A DNA stretch of 64,000 nt, from IMG/VR virus record IMGVR_UViG_3300042090_003221, positions 32,001 through 96,000 of that record; one strand, given 5' to 3'. Shown here piece after piece: positions 1 to 9,783 of the stretch (within the stretch, counting starts at the first letter, position 1; each line of letters begins with the position of its first letter). Below the pieces are notes generated by a model. It ran no database searches. It saw only the letters and a list, made by a program, of their open reading frames with translations, and was not told the origin of the DNA. Source of the stretch: a virus. The position numbers were made by a program, and so were the translations under genes.

Positions 1-146
1 GCCCCGAGGCTACCGGCACGCTAGTCGGTGTTCGGCTGCAGGATACTTTCCTAGCGAAAGTCGATGCTTGGCGGAAAAGTCAGGGCGATCTTCCGGGCCG
101 CCCCGAGGCGATCCGCCGCCTTGTCGAGAAGGCGCTGGAGAAATAA
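1..146 (+). CDS. Ribbon-helix-helix (CopG/Arc-like) DNA-binding protein, 5'-truncated
   Basis: Frame 3 reads ...ATGTLVGVRLQDTFLAKVDAWRKSQGDLPGRPEAIRRLVEKALEK*, the typical alphaproteobacterial RHH pattern. Confidence 0.7.
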   Translation, partial: PEATGTLVGVRLQDTFLAKVDAWRKSQGDLPGRPEAIRRLVEKALEK

Positions 147-175
147 CCTTCTCAACCAGAAAAAGGGGGATCGAC

Positions 176-763
176 ATGGCGCTAAAGGCGTGCCGAGAAT
201 GTGGGAAAGAAGTCAGCACTGAAGCCGACAAGTGTCCTCATTGCGGAGTTGGGGACCCGACTTGGTCTATCCGCAATGACAGGACAAAGCGAGGAAAAGC
301 ATGGGCTGCATTTCTTTCTTTTGCCGTTGTTGTATTTGGCGTCGCGAGATTTCTGGATAGTAACAGCGCGCAGCATTCCGAAGGTCAGGCCGATATTCAG
401 CGACCGGAAGCGCTTTCGCCATCAGTCAAAGCGTCGCCGTCCCCGTCTTGCGCTTCAGATTGGCGTCTTTGTAAAGATAACACCGATTTTGTGGAAAACA
501 ATTTGTTTGGTTGGGGACGAGTTAAGGGAGAATGCAAGGAAGCCGCAGAAACAAAATCTAAATTTGGCACTCCAGAGTGGCCGTGGCTCGCTTTTCATTC
601 CTATATTGGAGGCGATAGCATCCACAATACTGGAACAATATTTGTAAGCGAAGACGACGCTAAATTTTCCAATGCATTTGGAGCGATGGAAAAGGTATCA
701 GTTGAATGTGTATACGATCTAAAAGGGTCGATGGTAAAGGAAGCTATAATCATTCAGCGTTAG
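176..763 (+). CDS. Zinc-ribbon membrane protein (moron-like)
   Basis: CxxC..CPxC ribbon (CRECG..CPHCG), then a hydrophobic TM segment; lower GC; purine-rich RBS before ATG 176. Confidence 0.7.
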   Translation: MALKACRECGKEVSTEADKCPHCGVGDPTWSIRNDRTKRGKAWAAFLSFAVVVFGVARFLDSNSAQHSEGQADIQRPEALSPSVKASPSPSCASDWRLCKDNTDFVENNLFGWGRVKGECKEAAETKSKFGTPEWPWLAFHSYIGGDSIHNTGTIFVSEDDAKFSNAFGAMEKVSVECVYDLKGSMVKEAIIIQR

Positions 764-764
764 A

Positions 765-1010
765 CTAGCGCCCGCCCTGCGCTTTGGAGGCAGTCCGGGC
801 GCGATCTTGGTTCTCCGCCTTGGCGTCGAGCATGTCATTCATGAGCGCGATGTCAGCGAGGTCGAGTGTGCCGTCTTTCAGGCTTTCGTACTTGCAATAC
901 CCGGCGTCGACCGGCCGCAACAGCCAGTCCAAGTTGTCGGGGAGCAGGACCGGATCGTAGGTTAACCCTGCGCCCCGCCGCGGGAAGCGGAGAGGCTTGC
1001 GGGCAAAAAA
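765..1010 (-). CDS. Tail assembly chaperone, -1 frameshift extension (gpT-like)
   Basis: DWLLRPV..CKYESLKDGTLDLADIALMND motif in the -1 frame relative to 962..1429. Confidence 0.7.
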   Translation of the reverse strand, partial: FFARKPLRFPRRGAGLTYDPVLLPDNLDWLLRPVDAGYCKYESLKDGTLDLADIALMNDMLDAKAENQDRARTASKAQGGR

Positions 1011-1429
1011 TTGGAGAAAACCTCCTGCAGCGCGAGCGCGACAACGCGGAGCATCACCGCCAAGTCGCTGTTGATCTCCTCGAACATGGAGCGGTTGGCG
1101 TCCGAGCTCCAGACCCGCGCCCAGCCCTCCCTGCCGTCCTCCTTGCGGTCGACGAGCTCGAGGCAGGAGCCGATGATGAGGCGACGGTCCTCTTCGCTCA
1201 TCTTGGCGAGCTCGCGGGAGACAGGCGTGATGATCTGCCCCAGGCGATCGAGCGGCATAGCGGCGAGGTTGCCGAGGCCATCGCGGCGCAGCTCGATTAG
1301 CAGCGGCGCGAGCTCGCCGACGCCGGATGCGATCAGCGGCGAGATCTTGGACGCCACCGCCAGCTGCCTGAAGGCGTCCATCTTGCGCGCGACGCGATAG
1401 GTCGCGCCGTTGATTTGAAGCGTAGCCAT
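962..1429 (-). CDS. Tail assembly chaperone (gpG-like)
   Basis: Follows the tube gene; slippery T-TTT-TTG near its 3' end. Confidence 0.75.
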   Translation of the reverse strand: MATLQINGATYRVARKMDAFRQLAVASKISPLIASGVGELAPLLIELRRDGLGNLAAMPLDRLGQIITPVSRELAKMSEEDRRLIIGSCLELVDRKEDGREGWARVWSSDANRSMFEEINSDLAVMLRVVALALQEVFSNFLPASLSASRGGAQG

Positions 1430-1432
1430 CTA

Positions 1433-1903
1433 TCAGACCCCGCCGGTCGACTGGTAGTTGTCGCCGAGGATCTGCTCGGAGGCGATGCAGTCGAATTCCC
1501 AGACGTTCATCGCGCCCTCGGTCTTGTAGCCAAGGTTCGTCTGCTTGATGAAGGCGCCGCCCGTGCAAACGATCGAGTCGCCGGTGACGGCGTTGGTGAT
1601 CGTCAGCACGTTCTGCCCCCAATAGGCCGAGGAAACCGCCTGATGGCGATAGAGCGCGTTGAGCTGCGCGTTGCCGGTGGCGGTCTTGAGCAGCGAGACC
1701 GATACGCGCACCGCGGTCGAGGCGCGCAACGAGTGCATGCCATCGCCGCCGGCGCCGACGGTCATTGTGTTCTTGTCGGCCACCTGGGAGAGGCTGATGC
1801 CCTCGTCGGAGAGGCCGGCCGACGAGAGGCTGAACGAGCCCCCAGGGCCGGAAATCGACGCGTTGACGTCAAGGAACGAATAGGCGCCCATCTGAACAGC
1901 CAT
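1433..1903 (-). CDS. Tail tube protein (DUF3277-like)
   Basis: YSFLDVNASISGPGG..DKNTMTVGAGGDGMHS signature; follows sheath. Confidence 0.85.
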   Translation of the reverse strand: MAVQMGAYSFLDVNASISGPGGSFSLSSAGLSDEGISLSQVADKNTMTVGAGGDGMHSLRASTAVRVSVSLLKTATGNAQLNALYRHQAVSSAYWGQNVLTITNAVTGDSIVCTGGAFIKQTNLGYKTEGAMNVWEFDCIASEQILGDNYQSTGGV

Positions 1904-1931
1904 TTTACCTGCCTCCTAAAGTTGGGCGCAA

Positions 1932-3446
1932 TCAGGGATTAACCGAAAGCAGCACGTTGACGGTCTGGACCGCGCCAGCGAGTTTTACTGCAACTTGGAA
2001 AGGAACCGAAACGCGCTCTTCGCGCAAATTCTCGGCCTGCGTTGCGACTGGAGGGTAATATATGTAATACCCCTTCGACAGCGTGCCGCCCTGCGCGAGC
2101 ATGCCGAAGCCGGCAGCGTTCCATTGCCCCGGGGCGAGCAGACCGTTGTTGATGCCAGCCTCGCAGCCCTGCGCGATGGCGTTGGCGATAAGATCGGAGC
2201 CCGCGTCGGTCTGCGGGACCTTGGTCGTGATCGTGTAGAGCAGGTTGAAGACGTCGGTCTGGATCTGGTTTTGCAACCAATCGACGCCCTGGACCTCGTC
2301 GAACCAGTAGCCGTTCGTCATCTGCCCGTTCCAGAGCATGACGGCGCCGTTGTTGACTTTGATGTTGCAGTTCCCGCCCTTGGCGATCAGCGTCGAGAAT
2401 TGCGTCTCGTTGAGGTTCTCGCCCTGAAGGCCCGGCGCCTGCTTATAGGCGAGCGTCAGCGTCGAGTTGTTCGCTGTGAAGTCGACGGTGAAGCCGCGGC
2501 CAAACAGCGTCGCGACCGCATAGGGGTTGTAGCCCGAAAACATCCAAAAGACGCGGCGGTTGTTGAGCGACTGCAGCACGCTCGCGAGGTCGCTGGTCTG
2601 CGTCGGATCGAGGCAGGCGGTGTTGGTGATCGTGGTGCCGAAAATCCGGGTGCGCGATCCCGCGAGGATGAAGGAAGCCACGGCGATATAGTCGGCCTGG
2701 GCCAACGCGACCGTGGTGGCGTCCATCATGCCGTACCAAGCCGACGTCGCCCCGGCGAGCGCCTGAACCGCGGTCAGCGCGGCCTCCGCAGCGGAGCCGA
2801 TGACGGGCGCGGAGGCGCCGGAGGCGGCCGTGAGGCCAAGCAGGGTCGAGATATCGGTGGACCCGCCCAGCGTCACCAGCGTCGAGCCGTAGCTGACGCT
2901 CGACGTCGCGCCTGTGGTTCCGGAGCGGATCTCGAAGCGGCCGAAGCTCGAATTCCAGACGCACGTCACGCCGGCGCCGAACGAGGTGACGAGCGCGGTC
3001 TGGATGATGGCCGCGACGCCGTTGATGTTGATCGCACCGCTGAAATTCAGCGCAGTGATATCGTGCGGAGTCCCGTTGACCACGATATGGAATGAGCCGT
3101 TAGCGACGGCGGTGAAGACGCTGAGAAGCTGTTGCAGCGCCGTCAGCTGCGCGGCCTTGAGCAAGCCGGCGGTCGCCGTCGACGCCCAGCGGCCGATGTA
3201 GAGAATCGCCGGCTGCGGCGACTGCTCGAAGAACAGCGTCGCGGCCTGATACTCCGGCGTGATCGACGTGAAATCCGCCGAGACCTGCAGAATGTTCGAA
3301 TACATGCGATAGCGCTCGCCGAGGTCGATGACGGCGGAATCACCCAGGATCATGAGCGTGCCGAAATTCTCGAACGGCACAGCGTTCGGCGTGAAGGCCA
3401 CGCTGACATTGACGAAATCCGAGACGTCCACGGTTATTGCAGACAT
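1932..3446 (-). CDS. Tail sheath protein (DUF3383-like)
   Basis: PEYQAATLFFEQSPQP, WFDEVQGVDWL, KVPQTDAG motifs; 504 aa. Confidence 0.9.
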   Translation of the reverse strand: MSAITVDVSDFVNVSVAFTPNAVPFENFGTLMILGDSAVIDLGERYRMYSNILQVSADFTSITPEYQAATLFFEQSPQPAILYIGRWASTATAGLLKAAQLTALQQLLSVFTAVANGSFHIVVNGTPHDITALNFSGAININGVAAIIQTALVTSFGAGVTCVWNSSFGRFEIRSGTTGATSSVSYGSTLVTLGGSTDISTLLGLTAASGASAPVIGSAAEAALTAVQALAGATSAWYGMMDATTVALAQADYIAVASFILAGSRTRIFGTTITNTACLDPTQTSDLASVLQSLNNRRVFWMFSGYNPYAVATLFGRGFTVDFTANNSTLTLAYKQAPGLQGENLNETQFSTLIAKGGNCNIKVNNGAVMLWNGQMTNGYWFDEVQGVDWLQNQIQTDVFNLLYTITTKVPQTDAGSDLIANAIAQGCEAGINNGLLAPGQWNAAGFGMLAQGGTLSKGYYIYYPPVATQAENLREERVSVPFQVAVKLAGAVQTVNVLLSVNP

Positions 3447-3461
3447 GGGGCGAAGCTTTCC

Positions 3462-4070
3462 TTATTCGACGAGCGGAGAAACGGATTGCGGTGTTTGCAG
3501 CGGGTCGCTGACGCCGAGGTCGGTGGCGACGGTTCCCTGCATCTGCAGGAGGTTTAGGATCGTCCAATTGAGGACCGTGCGACGGCGGAAGCGCATCGAG
3601 ATATCGACGCGCCGCAGCGTGCGTTGGTTGACCATGTCAGGCAGGAATCGCGACTTGCCGGGGATCTCGACGAGCGCGAGGCCTACGAAGTAGAGCTTCT
3701 CGCGGTTCTGAGGGATCATCAGGCCGGTGCGCAGCACCTTGGCGTTGCCGCGCGCGCTTGGTCCGTAGAAGCTCGCGAGGACCGTGATGATGTCGTTGTC
3801 GACCGAGGTCGACGACCCTTGCCCGACGCCGCTGTGCAGGAGCGAAATGTTCGGGTCCGGGTCCTCGTCGACGACGCCGATCGCGCACCAGTCGGTCGAC
3901 GCCTCGGGCTGCGTCGGCGGCACGAGCTGCCAGCGCGGCCGCACAAGGTTTCCGGGCAAGCCGACGACGCCGGCGACGAGCCCAACTAGGATAGCGTCGA
4001 GCGCGGCGTCTTCGGCCGGCAGCGCCGTCGTCGGCGCGAGATAGCCGCCCGTGCTCGAGTCGTTAGCCAC
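3462..4070 (-). CDS. Neck/tail terminator protein
   Basis: MANDSSTGGYL..LVRPRWQ..P.QP..DWCAIGV pattern; position upstream of sheath. Confidence 0.7.
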   Translation of the reverse strand: MANDSSTGGYLAPTTALPAEDAALDAILVGLVAGVVGLPGNLVRPRWQLVPPTQPEASTDWCAIGVVDEDPDPNISLLHSGVGQGSSTSVDNDIITVLASFYGPSARGNAKVLRTGLMIPQNREKLYFVGLALVEIPGKSRFLPDMVNQRTLRRVDISMRFRRRTVLNWTILNLLQMQGTVATDLGVSDPLQTPQSVSPLVE

Positions 4071-4083
4071 GGGCGCGGCGAGC

Positions 4084-4395
4084 TTAGAACTTGACCGCGG
4101 AAATCAGGCGCGCGCCGTGCGGCGTCCCCGCCCACGGATGCGGCGCCTTGACGCCCGCCGCGGCGCGGCCGGGGCGGCTGATGCGGGCGAGAACGTGCCG
4201 CGCCTTGAGGTTAAGCGGAGGCTTTTCGAGCTGGTGCATCACGAAGGCGATCTGCACGATGGCGAGCGTGCGCGGGTCCTTGACGCGCTCGACGTGGATC
4301 GTCACGTTCGCGACGTCGACCCAGGTCTGTATCGCGGTCTCGTCATAGCGCGAGGCGTGCGGAAACGCCGACTTGACGTCGTCAGTCGAGATCAT
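4084..4395 (-). CDS. Short paralog of DUF4054-like head-tail adaptor
   Basis: AFP..FVMHQL..WAGTPHGARL parallels FPEF..FVAHNL..WNATSYGQRL of 5308..5727. Confidence 0.5.
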   Translation of the reverse strand: MISTDDVKSAFPHASRYDETAIQTWVDVANVTIHVERVKDPRTLAIVQIAFVMHQLEKPPLNLKARHVLARISRPGRAAAGVKAPHPWAGTPHGARLISAVKF

Positions 4396-4408
4396 CGGTC
4401 ATTCCTGT

Positions 4409-4801
4409 TCAGGTTGGCGGGTTGAGGGTCTGCAGATCGCAGGAGGCGTGAATGAAGCCGGCGCCGAAGGATGAGTAATCCTCGGTTGCGCAGACCACGT
4501 AAGCGGCGCCGTGCCATGTCACGACATCAGCGACGCGCTCGCTGACGTCATCGATGCGATGGCCCGACGTGAGTGCGTCGCCGCGGAGATAGACGTCAAT
4601 GAACGCGGTCACGCGCGTACCGTCGTCCAAACGGCGAAGGCTTCCCTTCCCGGGGACGACGATCGCGGACGTGATCGTTGTTGTGGTCGACGCCGTCGCG
4701 CTCACGCCGCCAGCGCCGATGATCTTGGTTTCGGACGTGATGCCGATCGTGTCGTTGAACTCGCGGGAACCGAGAACGTCGCTAAAATCCATATCAGGCA
4801 T
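4409..4801 (-). CDS. Head-tail joining/stopper protein
   Basis: ADVVTWHGAAYVV..DYSSFGAGF motif; synteny. Confidence 0.7.
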   Translation of the reverse strand: MPDMDFSDVLGSREFNDTIGITSETKIIGAGGVSATASTTTTITSAIVVPGKGSLRRLDDGTRVTAFIDVYLRGDALTSGHRIDDVSERVADVVTWHGAAYVVCATEDYSSFGAGFIHASCDLQTLNPPT

Positions 4802-4804
4802 GGA

Positions 4805-5305
4805 TCACGGTTCCTTTTTCGCGATAACGTAAGTGACCGCCTGCCTCATCGCGCCGGTGTCACGCAGCGGGTCCGTTCTGGTGACGCCTCTCGCTACGCG
4901 CTTGGCGATCGTGAGCGGCGCCAGCGGCGCGAACGGACCGTCAACAATCTTTTGCTGGACAGCCGCAGCCGCTATCAGGCCGACCGCCGTCATTTGCTGG
5001 TCGACCTGCGAGAGGTCGCCGTCGAGCGCCTTGACGCCCGCCTTCTTGAACCGCGCAATGGCGTCGGGGAGGATCTTCTCGACGCCCGGGATCAGGAAGG
5101 GGCGAGCTGGGATATTTCTCTCGGGGACGCCGAATTCATGGATATAGCCGAGCTCGGAATTAGTGATCGGCTCCTCGTCGTCGTCCGGATCTCGGGGGCG
5201 CTCCGCGCTCTCCTTCGGGATCCCGACGAGCACCTCCTTCGAGGTCAGGGATTTGATGGCGGCGAGGACGTCGTTGAGGCGCCCCTTCGTGACCTTGACG
5301 CCCAA
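4805..5305 (-). CDS. Neck protein (HK97 gp10-like)
   Basis: IHEFG..NIPARPFL..PLAPLTIAKR..PLRDTG motif; TTG start inferred. Confidence 0.75.
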   Translation of the reverse strand: MGVKVTKGRLNDVLAAIKSLTSKEVLVGIPKESAERPRDPDDDEEPITNSELGYIHEFGVPERNIPARPFLIPGVEKILPDAIARFKKAGVKALDGDLSQVDQQMTAVGLIAAAAVQQKIVDGPFAPLAPLTIAKRVARGVTRTDPLRDTGAMRQAVTYVIAKKEP

Positions 5306-5307
5306 CG

Positions 5308-5727
5308 CTATCCGCGCCTCACGCCATAGACGTGCGGCCGCTGCGGCGTCGATGAATAGACCATCAAGCCAACGCTCGCGCGCGCGAGCATCGCGGCGAG
5401 GCGCTGCCCGTAACTGGTCGCGTTCCAGTCCCCGGCGCCGGCGGTTGTGATCGAGCCCTCGTCGTAGGAGACGCTCAACCCGCCCGCGCTCTTTGACGAG
5501 ATCGGGCCGAGCGTGTCCCCAGGAAGCGCGCCGCCTTGTGCATCGCGCGCGTCCTGCGCATTGAGGACCAAGTTGTGAGCGACGAACAGATAGCACGCCA
5601 AGTCCGCGTTCGCGCCCAGGGCGCTGAGCGCAAGTTGGTTTTGTGCCTGAGTGAGCCAGAAATCCGCGGAGGCCGCGGAGTTCACGAATTCAGGGAAAAC
5701 CGTGACGAACGTGGCGGTATTTGCCAT
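5308..5727 (-). CDS. Head-tail adaptor (DUF4054-like)
   Basis: FPEF..LFVAHNL..SKSAGGLSVSYD..WNATSYGQ. Confidence 0.8.
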   Translation of the reverse strand: MANTATFVTVFPEFVNSAASADFWLTQAQNQLALSALGANADLACYLFVAHNLVLNAQDARDAQGGALPGDTLGPISSKSAGGLSVSYDEGSITTAGAGDWNATSYGQRLAAMLARASVGLMVYSSTPQRPHVYGVRRG

Positions 5728-5731
5728 AGCG

Positions 5732-6337
5732 TCAGTTCGCCCAGAAGCCCTGGAAGGCCCAAAGCGCAGCGTCCGCGGCGAGGGTGGCGCAGTTGATCGT
5801 GACCGCGACCGTGACCGTGGCGGCCTCGGTCAGGGTCAGGGACTGCGGATTCGTCAGCGCCGCGGAAGCGGCGCCGACCTGCGTCGCGAAATGAATCGCG
5901 CTCTGCGTGTTGGAGCCGAACGCGCCGGTCTTGGTGAGCTGCGCCTCCATCGACCAACCCTGACCGTTGGTCGTCACCGCACCCGAGGTCGCGACCGTCG
6001 TGCCGCCAACGACGGCGGCGCCGATGTTCGCGGTCGTCGGGGCGACGATAAGCTTCACCGTCTTGGTGTTGGCGTTGGCGCCGAAGGAACCCGCGGCCCA
6101 GACCTCGATCGTGCGGCTCGCCTGATCGAAGGCGGCCGCCGGGATCGTGGCGGTGGCGACGACATAGTCAGCGGCCGTGCCCGCCGGCGCTGCGCCACCC
6201 GCCGGCGCCTGCATCCACAGGTTGCCGGATGCCCTGAAGGAGCCCGGCGCGGCGGCGCCGCCGGCGAGGGCGGCGGTGTCATTCGGAAGAGCGTTGGACG
6301 GGACGTCGCCAACGTTGGTCGTCATGATTCGGAACAT
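5732..6337 (-). CDS. Putative virion structural protein
   Basis: Ala/Thr/Gly-rich beta-type protein within head operon. Confidence 0.55.
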   Translation of the reverse strand: MFRIMTTNVGDVPSNALPNDTAALAGGAAAPGSFRASGNLWMQAPAGGAAPAGTAADYVVATATIPAAAFDQASRTIEVWAAGSFGANANTKTVKLIVAPTTANIGAAVVGGTTVATSGAVTTNGQGWSMEAQLTKTGAFGSNTQSAIHFATQVGAASAALTNPQSLTLTEAATVTVAVTINCATLAADAALWAFQGFWAN

Positions 6338-6366
6338 TGGCCGAGATCCTTGATCCTAAGAGGAAA

Positions 6367-6810
6367 TTACGAGTCCTTGGTGACGCCGGCGAACTCGGCC
6401 GGCACGGCGTCCGGATTGACGGGCTCGAAGCCGGAGATGAGCGAGCGGCGGTCGCGGGCTTCGCTTTCCGTGCCGCCGGCCTTCGGCGTCGCGAAGATGA
6501 GACCCTTCTCGACCGGCGGGAATTCGCCGTTCTCTGCGAGCCATGTGTTCCAGAATTCGGCGTCGACGTTGTGCGTCAGCGCGAAGCCGCCAACGAGCTG
6601 CTTCTCGCTGTCGACGCCGACCGGCCTCGAGCAGCCCTCGATGACGAGGGTGCGGCCGTCTTTGATGCGCGAGACCACCTCGCGGACGCCGCCGCCGAAG
6701 GCGTCCTCGGTCCTGCTCAACTTCTTCTGGAGCTGGAGACGGAGCGAGAATGGAAGCTTCGAGGCAACGGTAACGGTCGACGCGGAGGTCGAGGCGGGAG
6801 CAGTGGACAT
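6367..6810 (-). CDS. Conserved head-associated protein
   Basis: VTVASKLP..GGFALTHNVDAEFWNTWL..SGFEPVNP; directly after capsid gene. Confidence 0.65.
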   Translation of the reverse strand: MSTAPASTSASTVTVASKLPFSLRLQLQKKLSRTEDAFGGGVREVVSRIKDGRTLVIEGCSRPVGVDSEKQLVGGFALTHNVDAEFWNTWLAENGEFPPVEKGLIFATPKAGGTESEARDRRSLISGFEPVNPDAVPAEFAGVTKDS

Positions 6811-6890
6811 GAAATCTCTCGGAGAATGGCCGTGGCGGGATTGCCGCATCCCGCGTCGTGACAGACGCGGGAGCTGTTTGGTCGGCGCGG

Positions 6891-7928
6891 TCACACGCCG
6901 GTCATGGTCGAGATGGCGATCGGCTGTTTGATGATCGCGCCCCAGGAACCCGCCGTCTTCTTTTGCTGGTAGCTCGAGAGCTGGCGGATGATCGGATGGT
7001 CCTTCATCTTGACGTTGAAGGAGCAGAAGCCCGGCGACTTGCCGTCGTAGTTGTCGGCGATGAGCTGAACGTTCTCAATGCTGTTGACGGTGTAGCGCGG
7101 CGAGGTCTTCACCTTCAGATTCGGGTAGGCCTTCTTGATGGTGTCCATCGCCGAGATGCCGAAGGAGTTCGTCGACACCAGCGCGGCCTCGCGGGACGGC
7201 GAGCACGCGAAAGTCAGCGAATCCTTAGTCTTCACGCGACCGAAGGTCCGGGTCACCAAGTCGTTGAAGAGGATCTGGAAGTCGTTGAGGATCTCGGTCG
7301 GGGCCGCATAGGCGCCGTTCGTGCCCCAGCTCGTGCCGCCCATCGCCTTGGTGACCGGAGTCACGGCCGCCGGCAACGAGGGGTCGTTGAGGAGGCCGTA
7401 GCATTGGAGGCCGGAAACGCCGAAGTGATAGATATAGTCCATGAACTTGTCGAGCGTCGAAGCCGCCGACGTGTTCTGCTCCTGCACCCAATTGATCTTC
7501 GCTTCGCCCGCCTCGTCGATCTCCTTGTCGCCGATGTCGAGCACGGTCTGGAACAAGAAGCTCTGGCGCTGCGGGAAGATGGCGTTGACGTTGGAGCGGC
7601 CGTTGGTGTTACGGTCGCCGTACGCGGAGATCTCGCCCGTGTTTTCAACCACGGTGAAGGTCGCGGTGCGGGTCGTCCAGTCGCCCGTCTTGCGCTCGCC
7701 CAGAATGTTGGCGCCTTCGTTGGGGGCCTGGAGGACACGGACCGTCTCCGGGTCCATGTAGTTGGTCATCCAGAACGGGATGCCGGCAGAGCTCGTGGTG
7801 ACGAGCGTGGGCAGCGCATCCAGCGCACCCTGCCAATCGCTGCGGAACTCGTCGGGGACGTAGTCGTTCGCGTCGGTATGGATGCCCCACTCGCGTTCAA
7901 GGCGCGGGAAGTCCTTATGCTTGTTCAT
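6891..7928 (-). CDS. Major capsid protein (DUF2184-like)
   Basis: ALDALPTLVTTSSAGIP..KTGDWT..YGLLNDPSL..QKKTAGSWGAII motifs. Confidence 0.9.
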   Translation of the reverse strand: MNKHKDFPRLEREWGIHTDANDYVPDEFRSDWQGALDALPTLVTTSSAGIPFWMTNYMDPETVRVLQAPNEGANILGERKTGDWTTRTATFTVVENTGEISAYGDRNTNGRSNVNAIFPQRQSFLFQTVLDIGDKEIDEAGEAKINWVQEQNTSAASTLDKFMDYIYHFGVSGLQCYGLLNDPSLPAAVTPVTKAMGGTSWGTNGAYAAPTEILNDFQILFNDLVTRTFGRVKTKDSLTFACSPSREAALVSTNSFGISAMDTIKKAYPNLKVKTSPRYTVNSIENVQLIADNYDGKSPGFCSFNVKMKDHPIIRQLSSYQQKKTAGSWGAIIKQPIAISTMTGV

Positions 7929-7954
7929 GTTTGATTGATCCTTGTAACGCGCGA

Positions 7955-8461
7955 TTAATCGATCGACGTCGAGGTGATCTTCACGAGGCCGTTGATTGTT
8001 CCGATGGTCGCCGCGTACCACTTGGTCTCGACGTAGCCAGTGACGGTCGCGCCGGTATTGGCGAACTGGACGGTTCCGTCGGCGAGTTTGGCGAACGCCT
8101 TCTGGCCGACGGCGGCGGTGGCGATGGTCGCCTTGACCCAGACATCAGCTTCAATCAGCGGCAATCCGACGGGCATACCCTGCGGGATGGTCATGCCGCC
8201 TTCGGCGAGGTACGTGGTGATCATCGGGTCGCCGAACTCGCGCGCGACGATGCAGCTCGGCGCGCCGGACGCGGCGCTGTTGATCAGCACGGAGTCGGTG
8301 GCGGCGACGTCGCCCCAAGCAAAGCGGCCGACCGTGACGCCGCCAGCGCCAGCGACCCAGGAGCCAGCCGCGCCGGGAAGAACGCGGCGGGGGTTGAGCG
8401 AAGCCAGATCACCCTCAACGGCAGGCGCCTGGGTCATCTGCATGGAATTCGGGAAAGGCAT
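7955..8461 (-). CDS. Head decoration/cement protein
   Basis: APAVEGDLASLNP..GVTVGRFAW..ETKWY; between scaffold and MCP. Confidence 0.75.
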   Translation of the reverse strand: MPFPNSMQMTQAPAVEGDLASLNPRRVLPGAAGSWVAGAGGVTVGRFAWGDVAATDSVLINSAASGAPSCIVAREFGDPMITTYLAEGGMTIPQGMPVGLPLIEADVWVKATIATAAVGQKAFAKLADGTVQFANTGATVTGYVETKWYAATIGTINGLVKITSTSID

Positions 8462-8496
8462 GGGGAGTTACCCTTGATTGATGAGGAGGGAGGAGG

Positions 8497-9630
8497 TCAG
8501 CGCACGAGGCGGTTCGCGTTGGGGTAACGCTTCGCGTATTCCGCAGCTGCGGAAGCGTCCTGCGCGATCTTCGGAGTCGGCTTGACCGCGGCCCCCTTGC
8601 GGGCCTCAGCAAGCGTATCGAAGGTCACCTTCAGTACGGCCGAGGGCAGGGTGTCGACGCCCTTGACGCCGAAGGCCTTGAGGCCGAGGCGGTAGTAGTC
8701 GGTCGCGCTATCGCAGGTCACGACCTTGCCGATCGCAGCCTCAACGGACTCCTTCGCGGAGAAGGTCGCTTTGTTGAAGGCGCGCTCCGCCGCGACGGCG
8801 GCAGTGAGAGCCGCGTCCATCGCGGGTCTGGTGACCATATCGTTGTCCTCTTCATCGTTGGCGTTGGGATCGACTTCGCCGTCCGCCGGGCTGGCGGTTT
8901 CGGTTTGGGCGCCGGGGTCGACCTGCTCTTCACTGTCGGTCGCGGGCGTCTCCTCGGCGCCGATCTTGGCGACGAGCGAGTTGAAATGGTTCATGTCTTC
9001 GGGGGAGAGCTTCGAGGCGAGGAAAGAGCGCGCCATCGCGATGGCGTCGCCGTCGCCGTCACCCTCGACGTCTTCGTTGACGGCGCCTTCGCCTCCGCCC
9101 TCGACGCCGCCTTCGCTCTCGCCGACAGCGGCGGGGTCAACCGCGGGGTCCTTGCCCTTGTTTTCGTCGAGCTCTCCGGCGCTGGGCGGCGGCGCAGCGC
9201 TCGGATCCGTCACCGGTTCCGCGTCGTCCTTGGCCTCGATCGGGGCCGAACCCGCCAGCGCGTCGAGCAGCTTCGCGAGGCCCTCGGCGTCCGCGTCGAC
9301 CGCGAGCCGGCCCTCGACCGCCTTGAGCGCAGCCGCGGACAGCACCGGGAGACGCTCCGCATAATTCTTGTGGTTGATGCCGGCGACGATCGACGTGAAG
9401 TCGATTGCTTGATCCTGGGCGAAGCGCGGGGCGAAGTGAGCCGTAATGCCCCCCAGCACCAGCGCCGCCTTGCGAGTAAGGGGCTTACGAGCCATCTGCG
9501 AATTTTCCTTTTCGTTGAAACCGCCGGCTCCGCCGGCCTCCGCGAGCAGAGAAGCGTCCAGCCCCAGGGCCTTCATCGCTTCCTTTGGACTTGCGAAATT
9601 TTGACGCAGAGCCGCGCCGAGAGGGCTCAT
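8497..9630 (-). CDS. Capsid scaffold-like protein
   Basis: Acidic, disordered; AMDAA, IAQDA motifs; ends YPNANRL. Confidence 0.7.
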   Translation of the reverse strand: MSPLGAALRQNFASPKEAMKALGLDASLLAEAGGAGGFNEKENSQMARKPLTRKAALVLGGITAHFAPRFAQDQAIDFTSIVAGINHKNYAERLPVLSAAALKAVEGRLAVDADAEGLAKLLDALAGSAPIEAKDDAEPVTDPSAAPPPSAGELDENKGKDPAVDPAAVGESEGGVEGGGEGAVNEDVEGDGDGDAIAMARSFLASKLSPEDMNHFNSLVAKIGAEETPATDSEEQVDPGAQTETASPADGEVDPNANDEEDNDMVTRPAMDAALTAAVAAERAFNKATFSAKESVEAAIGKVVTCDSATDYYRLGLKAFGVKGVDTLPSAVLKVTFDTLAEARKGAAVKPTPKIAQDASAAAEYAKRYPNANRLVR

Positions 9631-9783
9631 CAGAGCGATCTCCTGATTGGAGGATTGATTTGCGTCGCCAAGCTGACCCGTGACCAGCTCGCCGAGAACG
9701 GAGCAAAGGGCGCCGAAGCCCTCAACTCGAAACTGACCCCCGAGCAGCGAAGCGCCTCAGCACGGAAAGCCAGAGCCGCGCAG

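Noticed and set aside
765-1622. 285-aa ORF as a single gene
   Set aside because: Overlaps tube and chaperone genes; only the 3' part is plausibly coding, via frameshift
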